This document shows, in pieces, positions 19,045 through 28,040 of a DNA stretch of 64,000 nucleotides (its first letter is position 1; every line of letters begins with the position of its first letter). The position numbers were made by a program, and so were the translations under genes. Source of the stretch: a virus; the IMG/VR virus record IMGVR_UViG_3300048837_000984, positions 129,695-193,694 of that record; one strand, written 5' to 3'. Under the pieces are notes generated by a model that made no database searches, had not been told where the DNA came from, and worked only from the letters and a program-made list of their open reading frames with translations.

Positions 19045-21156
19045 TCATGAACCAGGCAGCTCGATAACGTGATCGAATAAACTCGAGATTGCCTTTTCGT
19101 GAGTAACGATTACAACCTGCAGTCCGCTTGCGGCGGACAGTTCTCGAAGCTTCCGTACTGCCTTTTCGAGGCATAGAAGACTCCTCTCATCTAAGCCAGC
19201 TGTCGGCTCGTCAAGACACAGAAGTCCCAGGTCACCCGCAAACGCAGAGTTAACCGCGATGCGAAAGGCTAACGCAAAAACGGTCTTCTGGCCCCACGAC
19301 AACCGATTCACTGGCTGTACATTTCCGTTGTCGAATTTCACCTCAAACTGAAGGTTGGAAAGGATATCTGCACGCATGCCTGATTCGAAAAGGTCTAACG
19401 TCTCGTTCATGTCCTTCTTGAGCGTAGCCAGGTAGCTCTGGGTTACCAGCCTCGGAAGGTTGTCCCAGTGAAAGACCTTTCTGACTTCGGCGATGGTGTC
19501 ATTCGCCTTCTTTGCGTGATCAGCCTGTTTACTTGTCGCTAGACAGGCTTCTAGTTGCTCCTTTCTTGTAAAGAGTTGTTGTTCGAGAAACTTCTTGCGG
19601 TCATGAAGGTTACACAGAACCAAGAAATCGTTCTGCTTTCGAGCCAGAGTGTTGCGCGCCGTGTCGACATCTTGCTCGACCCCCAACTTGTCAAGTCTCG
19701 CCTGCTCCTTGTTTGCCAGGTCTTCGAACGCATCTGGATTCAAACCGCTTGCGCGAGCCCTCAGGCTCTCTACCTGCGACCGGATCTTCAACGCTTCGTT
19801 TTCGCGTCTATGGTGTTCGACCAACCTGGCCCGAACCACTTCTTCCGGTTCTGCAGGTGCTGATACAGCCGCGAAAGCATCTAGATCTTTCTTGAGCCAG
19901 GCAAGTCGATCGGACTCTGTTCGAAGCCTGTTAGTCCGGATGCTTTCTTCTCTGTCGTAGCAAACACATTGCTTGTAGAGGTAATCCAGCGCGATGAGTT
20001 GTCCGCTGAGCTCAGCAATCTTTTCTCGAGCAGCAAACCTATCTTCCTCATCAACAACCAAAACTGACCCACAAGAACTACACTCGTAAGTCCCGGCAAC
20101 AGCCTTCGCTTTGCGGTTCAGCGATTCGATTTCCTTGTTGGTCATCTCGATGCGAAACCGCACTGACGCCGGTTCATCAAAGTCAACCGGCCGATAAGTC
20201 GGCACACAAAGGTCTGCGAGCGTTGACTCAGTTGTAGCAATGGCTGTCTTGAGACGTGCCAGGTTAGCTGCATTGGCGTTGTACTGCTTCCAAAGCTCGA
20301 GAGTCTCTTGGTCCTTCGGGAAGTTCCTCTTGTATGATTCTGAAGCTGCGTCTAGAAGCGCTAGCTCGCCGGCAAGAGTGTCGGCCTCTGCGGTCAGTTT
20401 GTCTTTCTTCTGTCTGTCCTGGATTGCGGCTGCTCGAAGGTTAGCCACTGAACTTTTCAGGGTTTCTCGCTCTCGGTAGCTCTCGATAACCAGAAACGCT
20501 GGATCAGATTGGTAGTTCCAATCCCGATCAACAGAAGTTATTGCTGCGGTGTCTCGCTCAATAGACTCTAGCTCGCCCTGAATGGACGCAATCTCTCTCG
20601 ACAAAGATTCAACATCGCCAGTAACAGCCGGAACGTCGATGCGGACGTCAGCCAACTTGTCATACACCTTCTTGAGTCGGTCGACACCGAACAGTTGATG
20701 GAAGGCGTCAGCTCTCTCTGCGTCCTTCATCTTGACGAAGTCGAATATCTCGCCCTGGGCCACAAAAACATACTTCATAAGTGTCTGATCTGATACACCC
20801 AGAAGGTCGAACAGTTCCTTACGAATCTCACTGTCTTTGAACACAGTCTTGCCGCCTACAACAAGCTTCTGCTTCGACGGGCGGAGCAGACGTTCGATAA
20901 GAACAGGCTCTCCGTTGTGCTCGAAAGCCAGAGACACGCCTGCAGTATCTCCGGGTTTAGCAGCGTAGTTTACGTTTGACTCCTTGACACCTGAGTTGCG
21001 AGAGAAGTCGTTAGTTAGCGCCGCGACAATGCCGTTGAGCGTGTTGGACTTCCCAGCACCGTTGGGTCCAACGATGCAGTTGAGTTCTGGGTGGAACTCG
21101 ACGTCCACATCCCTTAGCTGACAGAAGTTACGGTAGGAAGCTTTTAACAGCCGCAT
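19045..21156 (-). CDS. sbcC: SbcC/Rad50-like (gp46-type) ATPase
   Basis: GPNGAGKS, Q-loop FVAQGE, coiled coils, zinc hook CSSC, signature LSWGQ, Walker B LLCLDEP, VIIVTH. Confidence 0.93.
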   Translation of the reverse strand: MRLLKASYRNFCQLRDVDVEFHPELNCIVGPNGAGKSNTLNGIVAALTNDFSRNSGVKESNVNYAAKPGDTAGVSLAFEHNGEPVLIERLLRPSKQKLVVGGKTVFKDSEIRKELFDLLGVSDQTLMKYVFVAQGEIFDFVKMKDAERADAFHQLFGVDRLKKVYDKLADVRIDVPAVTGDVESLSREIASIQGELESIERDTAAITSVDRDWNYQSDPAFLVIESYRERETLKSSVANLRAAAIQDRQKKDKLTAEADTLAGELALLDAASESYKRNFPKDQETLELWKQYNANAANLARLKTAIATTESTLADLCVPTYRPVDFDEPASVRFRIEMTNKEIESLNRKAKAVAGTYECSSCGSVLVVDEEDRFAAREKIAELSGQLIALDYLYKQCVCYDREESIRTNRLRTESDRLAWLKKDLDAFAAVSAPAEPEEVVRARLVEHHRRENEALKIRSQVESLRARASGLNPDAFEDLANKEQARLDKLGVEQDVDTARNTLARKQNDFLVLCNLHDRKKFLEQQLFTRKEQLEACLATSKQADHAKKANDTIAEVRKVFHWDNLPRLVTQSYLATLKKDMNETLDLFESGMRADILSNLQFEVKFDNGNVQPVNRLSWGQKTVFALAFRIAVNSAFAGDLGLLCLDEPTAGLDERSLLCLEKAVRKLRELSAASGLQVVIVTHEKAISSLFDHVIELPGS

Positions 21157-22249
21157 TCAGTGGACCTCCTTTTAGTCGGTCAACCACAGAAGAAACTGCA
21201 TCGTCGAGTCGATTGGCGAAGACAGCTTGAACAAGATCTGAGCAGACATCTCGAACCGCGCCCACAGCGGTAGCCTGCGTCAAGGCCTCCAGAGTCGCTG
21301 CTTCCACGGAATTGACCCCGACAAAGTACTCCTGTTCTTTCTCGACCTTCTCCTTGACCGGCTGAAGAACCAGAAAGGCTCGGTCCGAAACAACAGACTT
21401 AACCGCAGAGAAGACTTCGATTTCTGTCTTGTGGTTGATGCAGACAATGGGCTTGCGTATGGCTTCCGGTAGCTCCATTCTCGGCAACGATAAGAATGCG
21501 TCAAGTTCGCTGACGAGGAGAGAAATCTGGTCTGGATGCATCAGCTGTCGGTAGAAGAAGTGACGCGTAACGAGTGGGTGAGAAGAGACAGAAAGGTCTT
21601 CATACATCACAAAGAAGTACTTGTTCGGATCTTCCGACATTGACCGCAGACTGATGGAACCAGGACTTACTATTCTGGCCTGACGACCAGGCAGGTCAAC
21701 CACAGATGAGAAATGCTTGTGATAGTCACCAGTGATGATTGCCTTAACGTGCGGCACATCAGCGAACGAAGCCTGCGGATTAGCGACACTACCCATGATG
21801 TCGGCCCAGACCTGATGCGCCACGAGTACATCAGTAGTTGGCGGTATGTGCCTGAACTCTTCCTCAATGTTTTCCTTCCGTGTGAAGCTTAGACCATAGA
21901 ACGTTCGTCCGCCTATCTCGGCAGAACCGCGGTGTAGATTTACAGAGCCGCTGGCTATTCCCAGCCACGGCATGTGAGACATCTCGTGCTGACCTTCAAT
22001 GAAGTAAGTCTTTTGGTTCGTCCGCCGGTACAGGCCGGAAATCAGGCTCACAGCCTTGTGAACCGACATTGAGTCGGGCAAGCTGGAGTCGAACACATCT
22101 CCCGCCAAGATGACCGGAAGGTTCCTTGCCTCGGCGCAACGAAAGATCTGTTCCATCGAGAAGTAACTGTCGCCCTTGATACTGGCTCGGCCAGCCCAGG
22201 CACTGTGCCGCAGGTGACAGTCAGAGGATACCACAGCGATAGGCTTCAT
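21128..22249 (-). CDS. sbcD: SbcD/Mre11-like (gp47-type) nuclease
   Basis: Metallophosphoesterase motifs SDCH, GDVFD, GQHE, VAHQ, GDYH. Confidence 0.92.
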   Translation of the reverse strand: MKPIAVVSSDCHLRHSAWAGRASIKGDSYFSMEQIFRCAEARNLPVILAGDVFDSSLPDSMSVHKAVSLISGLYRRTNQKTYFIEGQHEMSHMPWLGIASGSVNLHRGSAEIGGRTFYGLSFTRKENIEEEFRHIPPTTDVLVAHQVWADIMGSVANPQASFADVPHVKAIITGDYHKHFSSVVDLPGRQARIVSPGSISLRSMSEDPNKYFFVMYEDLSVSSHPLVTRHFFYRQLMHPDQISLLVSELDAFLSLPRMELPEAIRKPIVCINHKTEIEVFSAVKSVVSDRAFLVLQPVKEKVEKEQEYFVGVNSVEAATLEALTQATAVGAVRDVCSDLVQAVFANRLDDAVSSVVDRLKGGPLNAAVKSFLP

Positions 22250-22260
22250 TTGACCCTCCG

Positions 22261-22288
22261 CAAGCTGGCTACCGAAGTAGCCAGCTTG
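22261..22288 (-). promoter_or_regulatory. 12-bp UUCG hairpin immediately 5' of the sbcD RBS
   Basis: CAAGCTGGCTAC-TTCG-GTAGCCAGCTTG then CGGAGG...ATG; no U-tail. Confidence 0.6.
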
Positions 22289-22294
22289 ATCGGT

Positions 22295-22528
22295 TTACTT
22301 GACTGAGACGGCATTCAGTTCGCCGTCCTCGAGCCAAACGATGTCGACAAACGAACCTTCGTTGTCAAAAATCTTGAGCCCGACGATTACGGGCTGGTCG
22401 GATACTCGATTGACCGTGACGGCGTACTTCTTGTAAACGAACGCTTCGGCCGTCCACCTGGATGACTTTCCCTTTACCAGGCGGCGAAACTTGTCGGCCA
22501 GGCCAACCTTTTCCTTAGCAGAAATCAA
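22295..22528 (-). CDS. Hypothetical protein
   Basis: 77-aa ORF preceded by GAGGGG. Confidence 0.6.
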   Translation of the reverse strand: MISAKEKVGLADKFRRLVKGKSSRWTAEAFVYKKYAVTVNRVSDQPVIVGLKIFDNEGSFVDIVWLEDGELNAVSVK

Positions 22529-22545
22529 GGGTAACCCCTCTACCT

Positions 22546-22571
22546 AAAGAAATAGACACCTTTCGGTGCCC
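22546..22571 (-). terminator. Rho-independent terminator (GAAA loop)
   Basis: GGGCACC-GAAA-GGTGTCT followed by ATTTCTTT; a 16-bp palindrome CCGGCCACGTGGCCGG lies at 22592-22607. Confidence 0.7.
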
Positions 22572-22624
22572 ACCGTAGCCACCCATTCTAGCCGGCCACG
22601 TGGCCGGTAGATAGGACGGCAAAG

Positions 22625-22819
22625 TCAGTCAGATGTGTTACTTGACCGCCGTGAACGGCCTCCGAAGAAAGATGAGAACTGATATTCTTTCGCCATCGGG
22701 CGATCGTACGCCCAGCTGAACCGATTACAGACATCGCAAATCCGATTGCCAACACCCTTCGACTTAAACTTTTTGTCGCACCGCAAGCACTTTCGCTCGG
22801 TCGTGGTCTGTCTTCCCAT
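22625..22819 (-). CDS. Small Zn-ribbon protein
   Basis: RKCLRCDKKFKSKGVGNRICDVC. Confidence 0.7.
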   Translation of the reverse strand: MGRQTTTERKCLRCDKKFKSKGVGNRICDVCNRFSWAYDRPMAKEYQFSSFFGGRSRRSSNTSD

Positions 22820-22821
22820 GC

Positions 22822-23412
22822 TTACTCCACCACGTTGACAGATACGGTAATGTCGCCCTCCGCCGACGACATTGAATAGGAGTTCCGGAGATCCTCGTGT
22901 GGAGGTACTCCAGCAAATGCACGACGACCGGCCATGACATAGATGTCAAACTTCAAGCCATCATCCGTCAAGACCAAGTCCAGGTAGCAAATCAGGGTCG
23001 GCTTCTTGGCGTGCGTGACCTGCTTGCGAAGCGGGATAAAGCCTTCCGGCTTATCTGCCAGGTTCGCCAAACAGGTAGCCTCGTTGAGCTCCTCTCTAGA
23101 CAGGGTAAAACAGAAATCGGCACCGGACTCGTTTGCGGGCTCGTCGGGCGTCAGGGACTTGATAACAGAAGCGACGTAGGTCGTGAAGGTGTCGCGCAGA
23201 TTCTTCTCCTCGACAGCGAGGCAAAGTAACCGGACAACCGATTCCGTCGAAAGGCCAGTATCTGCGGAGAACTTTCGAACAACAGTCGCGAACTGGTCGG
23301 GCTTCTTAATTTTTAAGTGCGGTGACAGGAATCCGCAGCAGACCATCAGCTGCCCTTCGGTGTCTACATCGCACCGACTGGCCAGCAGTGTCAGATTCTC
23401 ATTTGGGGTCAA
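22822..23412 (-). CDS. Hypothetical protein
   Basis: 196-aa ORF in a tightly packed run. Confidence 0.65.
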   Translation of the reverse strand: MTPNENLTLLASRCDVDTEGQLMVCCGFLSPHLKIKKPDQFATVVRKFSADTGLSTESVVRLLCLAVEEKNLRDTFTTYVASVIKSLTPDEPANESGADFCFTLSREELNEATCLANLADKPEGFIPLRKQVTHAKKPTLICYLDLVLTDDGLKFDIYVMAGRRAFAGVPPHEDLRNSYSMSSAEGDITVSVNVVE

Positions 23413-23587
23413 TGTTACCTCCCGGGTAAATTCGCAGCATGGGTAAAAGGGTCTCTTCGTGGTAACTGAGCCAGTAGACTTCGTCGTAAGTCGGGGCGCG
23501 CCCAGAGATAGATATCAGAATGATCTGTTTTCCGCGCCGGAACAGGCAGAAGTCATCCAGCGAAATCAGCAGTTCCAGTGTCTTCAA
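23399..23587 (-). CDS. Hypothetical protein
   Basis: 62-aa ORF overlapping both neighbours. Confidence 0.5.
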   Translation of the reverse strand: MKTLELLISLDDFCLFRRGKQIILISISGRAPTYDEVYWLSYHEETLLPMLRIYPGGNIDPK

Positions 23588-24389
23588 TTTTCCTATCCCG
23601 TAAAACGCCGTACCTGGCGGACATCCGAAAGTGAGGCGGACGGTCGTTCAGCATCTTAGCAAGACGGGCGATGTCGCAGTAGAACAGTTCCGCGGGGTAC
23701 CGCATCAGCTTGACAACCGCGCCAGATAACTCTCTCCTGGTCGGCTTCTCGTACCTCTTGCTACGCCAGCCGTGTTCTCGGAGTTTCTGCGGTATCCGCT
23801 TGAGGTTGTCCAGAACAGCAACCCTGGAACGGACTTCCCAACCATAGTCAGTAGGGGCCACCGATATGGATCGGAAGCCACCAAAGAAGGGGCGTCGGCG
23901 CTTGGTGAATACTTTGGCAACGGATGCGACCTCGCGAGCGCAAAACGACCACGGGTCCTCGTCGAACGCTAGGCAGTACTTCTTCGCGAAGATGTTCAAC
24001 GGAAAAATCGCGCAGTCGTCGTCGTTAACCAGCTGACTCGTCAGTCGGCAGACGTCTCGCCCATAGCACCAGGGGCAAACTTGACTGAAGCCGCAGAAAA
24101 AGCGTTTGAACTTGCGACTACCTTTGGTGAAATAAATCGGCTCCGGCGAACAGTTCAGGCACCGACCGAACCGCGTGGAGTCTTGTATAGCTGCGAATCC
24201 AGCCGAGCGAAGAGCGGTGAAACGACCGCGCCACCGCGTCAAAATAGCCCGGCCGCATTCGATCGTATTGAGCTGACCCTGACCGACGGCATAGAGGATC
24301 GGTCGGACAACAGCGAGCCTGGCTGTATGCGCCGACACAGAGGTTCGAAACGTAACAGCGTCTCGATAGGGCAATTTCTCGGTGGACAT
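23553..24389 (-). CDS. Rolling-circle Rep_1-like protein with degenerate HUH motif
   Basis: Start MSTEK after AGGAG; RCLNC...FCGFSQVCPWC, GGFRSISV...WEVRSRVAV, VKLMRYP, RMSARYGVLR follow the Rep_1 motif order. Confidence 0.55.
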   Translation of the reverse strand: MSTEKLPYRDAVTFRTSVSAHTARLAVVRPILYAVGQGQLNTIECGRAILTRWRGRFTALRSAGFAAIQDSTRFGRCLNCSPEPIYFTKGSRKFKRFFCGFSQVCPWCYGRDVCRLTSQLVNDDDCAIFPLNIFAKKYCLAFDEDPWSFCAREVASVAKVFTKRRRPFFGGFRSISVAPTDYGWEVRSRVAVLDNLKRIPQKLREHGWRSKRYEKPTRRELSGAVVKLMRYPAELFYCDIARLAKMLNDRPPHFRMSARYGVLRDRKIEDTGTADFAG

Positions 24390-24453
24390 AAGTCTCCTTG
24401 TGCAGAAAAAGCACAAGCCAAGGACGTAACAGCCACGACAGATGAGTTACAGA

Positions 24454-24844
24454 TGTGGGGCAGTTTATCCAAGCGATTTCGGGAACCCTATAGTAAACAC
24501 CCCTACAATTTACACCGTAATGTACGCCTTTACACATACACCACCTAGGATAAACACCCCCACGTTTTAGAAAGGCTGGTTTCAACAAAGATTACCGCAG
24601 TATACAGACATACACCGCGAAATGTAGGGGTGTTTATTCTAATGTGCTTGCAGGTTTTTTTGCCGTCTAAACTGTGGGGTTGTTTATCGTAGTAAAGATG
24701 CAGAATTTTGAGTAGATAAGCGCTGCGTGCGTAGGTCAGATACAGTAGCATGCTTGCATGCTACTGTATCTGAAATCTTTGGTCAAGACTAATTCGGCTG
24801 TTCTTCGGTCCCTGCCGTGTTTGTAAAAAACGTGGGGTACTTTA
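24454..24844. repeat. Six 14-bp iteron-like repeats (TAAACACCCCYACR-like) in both orientations
   Basis: 24454-67(-) TAAACTGCCCCACA; 24494-507(+) TAAACACCCCTACA; 24551-64(+) TAAACACCCCCACG; 24623-36(-) TAAACACCCCTACA; 24673-86(-) TAAACAACCCCACA; 24831-44(-) TAAAGTACCCCACG. Confidence 0.85.
24736..24773. repeat. Perfect 18-bp inverted repeat with 2-nt spacer
   Basis: TCAGATACAGTAGCATGC-TT-GCATGCTACTGTATCTGA. Confidence 0.95.
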
Positions 24845-24924
24845 ACCTAGCAGGTCTGTAAATCCAATATGTAGGTGCGTTATCCTATCTTTCTCTTCAA
24901 GAAAGAAGAGGTTAGCAATAATGA

Positions 24925-24964
24925 GGTATCCATCCTCCCAGCTCTAGTGGCTGGGATGGATACC
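24925..24964. repeat. Bulged hairpin (9+6 bp)
   Basis: GGTATCCAT-CCT-CCCAGC-TCTAGTG-GCTGGG-ATGGATACC. Confidence 0.8.
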
Positions 24965-25028
24965 AATTATTGGTGGCAAAGCCACAGTTAAGACAAAGAT
25001 GAAGACAACAATATGAAAAACAACTTTC

Positions 25029-25223
25029 TCAGACCTTGTCTTCTTTCAACTCAGCCAGCGAGCCACAGACAGCGGCAAGAAGTTCTTCAAGCTTTTCGAT
25101 GATCTTGTCCTTGTCAGGTTCAAGAACATGTCTGACGGTAAGCATCAAGGTGTGCCACTTCTCTTGCAGCGGCAACAAAGCTTCCTTGACGGGTGCGTTC
25201 TGTTGTTTGCTGGTCATCTTCAT
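25029..25223 (-). CDS. Small hypothetical protein
   Basis: 64-aa helical ORF. Confidence 0.55.
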   Translation of the reverse strand: MKMTSKQQNAPVKEALLPLQEKWHTLMLTVRHVLEPDKDKIIEKLEELLAAVCGSLAELKEDKV

Positions 25224-25502
25224 TTCTAAGGCCCTAGATTCGACGTATAAGCTCGATCAGCACACTTAGGTATGGAATCAGTCTTTCTCTCTTTGAAACG
25301 CTCTATAAGCGATCCTGGTGCGTTCTAGCGGCATGATACTTTGTTCAGATATGCTAGTCTGGTGTGGGTCAAAGCTTCAACACAACCGACGGCTAGATTC
25401 AGAGGTGTGCCTTTTCTGCGCCCAGGATGGCCCTAGAAACGCAAACAGACCCAGAAGGCGTATCTTTGCCTATCTGAGTCTGTCAGGAGCTTGCAGAGCG
25501 TT

Positions 25503-25730
25503 TTAGGCGGTCTTTGGCTGCTCGGTCTTGATCATCTTCTCGAGGCTCTTCTGGAGCTTGGAGAAGAAAGCGGATAGCTTCTTGTTGGTCTTGGTAGGCG
25601 TTTCAGATGAGACGAGAACTTCAGCTGCGGTCTGGTCAACCATGTTCTTGGTCGCCTCAAGGTTCTGAAGGCGCTTGGCTCGTGCCTTCTCTTGGGTCTC
25701 CAGGACCTTCTCAATCTTCTTGTCTGTCAC
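25503..25730 (-). CDS. Small Lys-rich hypothetical protein
   Basis: 75-aa ORF overlapping the Nudix gene end. Confidence 0.65.
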   Translation of the reverse strand: MTDKKIEKVLETQEKARAKRLQNLEATKNMVDQTAAEVLVSSETPTKTNKKLSAFFSKLQKSLEKMIKTEQPKTA

Positions 25731-26244
25731 TTCGATAGTCCTCCAGCAAGATCTTGCTCAGTTCACCTGTCGTGTTTCTTAACAGCATGTCCAGGATCAC
25801 TGGGTACGGTGTCCAGAAGAACTGCGCTGTCGATGGGTCTGTCGCGCCTGAAATCTGTCGCAGGCCTCTCAGGCTGATCCATTCCCAACCAGAACACTTA
25901 TCGGGCTCCTGAGCCTTCGGTTCGCCAGAAACGAGTTGGCTAACCATCCAGAAGGTAACAAAGCTACATCGTTCGGATTCCAGCGGAATCAGGTTGTGGT
26001 CTGTCACCCCGATCACTCCACGAGTGAACGTGTGTTCTAATTTAGTCGACATAACCTCAGCGTGTACAGAGGTTTCTTCCAAAACTTCCCGGATTGCGCA
26101 GCTTTGCAGCGTCTCGTTTTCTTCGACGATTCCTCCTGGGATTGCTCGAAGTCCTTTACCTCGACGACAGCTTGGACCCCGGGTACCGATGAGGAACTGG
26201 CCTTTGTTGTTGAAGATGAACACTCCGACTCCGGCTCGTTTCAA
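25711..26244 (-). CDS. Nudix hydrolase
   Basis: Nudix box GGIVEENETLQSCAIREVLEETS; GGAGG RBS before a TTG start. Confidence 0.92.
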   Translation of the reverse strand: MKRAGVGVFIFNNKGQFLIGTRGPSCRRGKGLRAIPGGIVEENETLQSCAIREVLEETSVHAEVMSTKLEHTFTRGVIGVTDHNLIPLESERCSFVTFWMVSQLVSGEPKAQEPDKCSGWEWISLRGLRQISGATDPSTAQFFWTPYPVILDMLLRNTTGELSKILLEDYRSDRQED

Positions 26245-26273
26245 GGTTGCGGACCTCCGTGTGACTGGTGTCG

Positions 26274-26288
26274 ACTTAATTTTTAAGT
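26274..26288. promoter_or_regulatory. Palindromic box ACTTAA-WWW-TTAAGT (perfect copy)
   Basis: Intergenic, between a hairpin and the Nudix RBS; near-copies at 2759, 17456, 23304, 39444 and 35627. Confidence 0.6.
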
Positions 26289-26294
26289 GCCAAC

Positions 26295-26322
26295 GAAGAA
26301 GGCCCCGATCGGGGCCTTCTTC
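26295..26322. terminator. Perfect 28-bp palindrome, probable (bidirectional) terminator
   Basis: GAAGAAGGCCCCGATCGGGGCCTTCTTC just after the dcd stop. Confidence 0.75.
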
Positions 26323-26334
26323 TGTTCTCGGTTG

Positions 26335-26916
26335 TTACTTGACCATCGGGAGCGTTATCCCGAATTGGTCCTGGTACTTGCCGGCCTTGTCGTTGTAAGT
26401 CCTTTTACACTGCTTGCTTGCAGCAAAGAACAGGACCTGAGCGATACCCTCTCCTGGGTAGATGATTACCGGAAGCGGTGTCGTATTGCTGAGCTCGATG
26501 GTCACCGTTCCGCGCCAAGCTGGTTCCAGAGGCGTGATATTCACCACTAGCCCCGCTCGCGCGTACGTCGACTTGCCCAGACAGATTGCCAACACGTTGT
26601 TTGGAATGACGAGAGACTCGACGCTTTCAGCCAGTGCAAACCCGTGTGGCGGTAGAACAAACTGCTTGCCGGGTTCCACCTCGATGTCGACGAAGGCCTT
26701 AGGGTCTACCCTCTTTGGGTCGATAGCAACGCTGTGGACCGGACTGAAGATCTTGAACTTTCTTCCGATCCGCAAATCGTAGCCGTAACTGCTGAGCCCG
26801 TACGAGATTGTACCTGGCGGACACGTTTCGATGAACGGGTCGATGAAAACGTGTTCCTTAATCTCGTAGTCAGCCAGAATGCCCATCGGCTCACTTTCAT
26901 CCAGTTCTTCGTTCAT
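26335..26916 (-). CDS. dcd: dCTP deaminase
   Basis: ISYGLSSYGYDLR, FALAESVE, GKSTYARAG, TPLEPAWRGTVTIELSN, GEGIAQVLF, GKYQDQ. Confidence 0.95.
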   Translation of the reverse strand: MNEELDESEPMGILADYEIKEHVFIDPFIETCPPGTISYGLSSYGYDLRIGRKFKIFSPVHSVAIDPKRVDPKAFVDIEVEPGKQFVLPPHGFALAESVESLVIPNNVLAICLGKSTYARAGLVVNITPLEPAWRGTVTIELSNTTPLPVIIYPGEGIAQVLFFAASKQCKRTYNDKAGKYQDQFGITLPMVK

Positions 26917-27697
26917 ACCTTCCTCTGGTCCTCCTAGTCTTGTCGGCGACTGGGTCCGTAAAACAGATTCGACACCTGTCACAGGTCAGGCCTTCCGTTA
27001 CACCGTTCTCAACGGGACACACCAGAGTCCCGTTGATCCGCTTGACGACGGTCCCTCTCACCTTACCGTCCCGGAAAAACAAGTCCACATCGTAGTCTGG
27101 GATATCGTCGTCGGCAACCTGCATGTAAGCCAGCCGAACTCGATTGGGAACTTCCGGTGGGTTTCCCGTATCTTTGTCGCAACTGAACCAGAGCTGGACG
27201 TGGTTCAGCTCGGCGATCTTCTTCAAGAGCGAAAACATCTCGAGGTCCTGCCAGGTCCTGGAGTAGAGCCAGACCCAAACATGCGGGATCTCTCTCAGGA
27301 TCTGGAACACCCTGTAGCCATAATCGGCGTTGTAGAAGTCACCAGAAACGTGCCAGCGGAGCAACGAGCCCGCGCTGTCGGCCAGAAGATTGACGATGAC
27401 GTCCTTGAAGTCTCGCCGGCCAGTCAGAGCCAGGTTCTTCCACAAGCGTTCCTTGACCGAATTTGTGGTGAAGAACCCCTTGTCGGCGTAGCAGAGACTG
27501 CGGCAGGTTTCTGTGCTGCCCTTCCAGCAGGTGTGGACGGCTGGAAGGCTGAAAGTGAAGACTCTTTTCCCGAGTTTGGTGTTGCCTGTCCCGATAAAGT
27601 CCGTTAGCTCACACTCCTCCGGTGGAGTGTTCATCAGCACCGTCAGCGGCATCCTCATCTTCGGGTTCCTCGATTTCCAGCTCGTGGTCGTGCTCAC
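26897..27697 (-). CDS. Gp88-like (radical-SAM-like) protein; start uncertain
   Basis: GNTKLG...FSLPA..TC(x7)C(x3)CYA...RWHVSGDF...YSR. Confidence 0.75.
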   Translation of the reverse strand: MSTTTSWKSRNPKMRMPLTVLMNTPPEECELTDFIGTGNTKLGKRVFTFSLPAVHTCWKGSTETCRSLCYADKGFFTTNSVKERLWKNLALTGRRDFKDVIVNLLADSAGSLLRWHVSGDFYNADYGYRVFQILREIPHVWVWLYSRTWQDLEMFSLLKKIAELNHVQLWFSCDKDTGNPPEVPNRVRLAYMQVADDDIPDYDVDLFFRDGKVRGTVVKRINGTLVCPVENGVTEGLTCDRCRICFTDPVADKTRRTRGRYERRTG

Positions 27698-28040
27698 CTT
27701 GGTCTTCTCGAACCATGTACCACTCTTCGGTCGTCACCTTCCCGGTAGTGAGGTCGTAGATGATGTCGTCGCCATAATCGGTACCGTCGCCGGCGCCGCC
27801 GTAGGAGTAAGCACTCCAGGCCCAACTCTCGATCTCGTCCTCGAGCTTCTGGAGCGCATTGTTGTGAGAAACGTCTTGACTTCCGTTCAGGACGTAGCCA
27901 ACGTCCGTAGTCGTGTCGATTTCTGTGCCGACGTTCAGCCAACCTTCGTCACTGACGCCTCTAAAGTTGAGAAAGATCTTCGAGACGCTCAGCCGTTTGG
28001 CTTCCTCGTAAATCTTCCTTGGCAACGGTTCAGGGTCCAT
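27609..28040 (-). CDS. DUF6878-like acidic protein
   Basis: IFLNFRGVSDEG...WSAYSYGGAGDG pattern; adjacent to the DUF6915-like gene. Confidence 0.55.
   Translation of the reverse strand: MDPEPLPRKIYEEAKRLSVSKIFLNFRGVSDEGWLNVGTEIDTTTDVGYVLNGSQDVSHNNALQKLEDEIESWAWSAYSYGGAGDGTDYGDDIIYDLTTGKVTTEEWYMVREDQGEHDHELEIEEPEDEDAADGADEHSTGGV

Noticed and set aside
24454-24844. CRISPR array
   Set aside because: The repeats are 14 bp, in mixed orientation and irregularly spaced, and there are no cas genes.
25224-25502. Intergenic gap with GGCCCTAGA twice and CTAGATTC twice
   Set aside because: The repeats are short and form no extended stems, so they are not distinguishable from chance.
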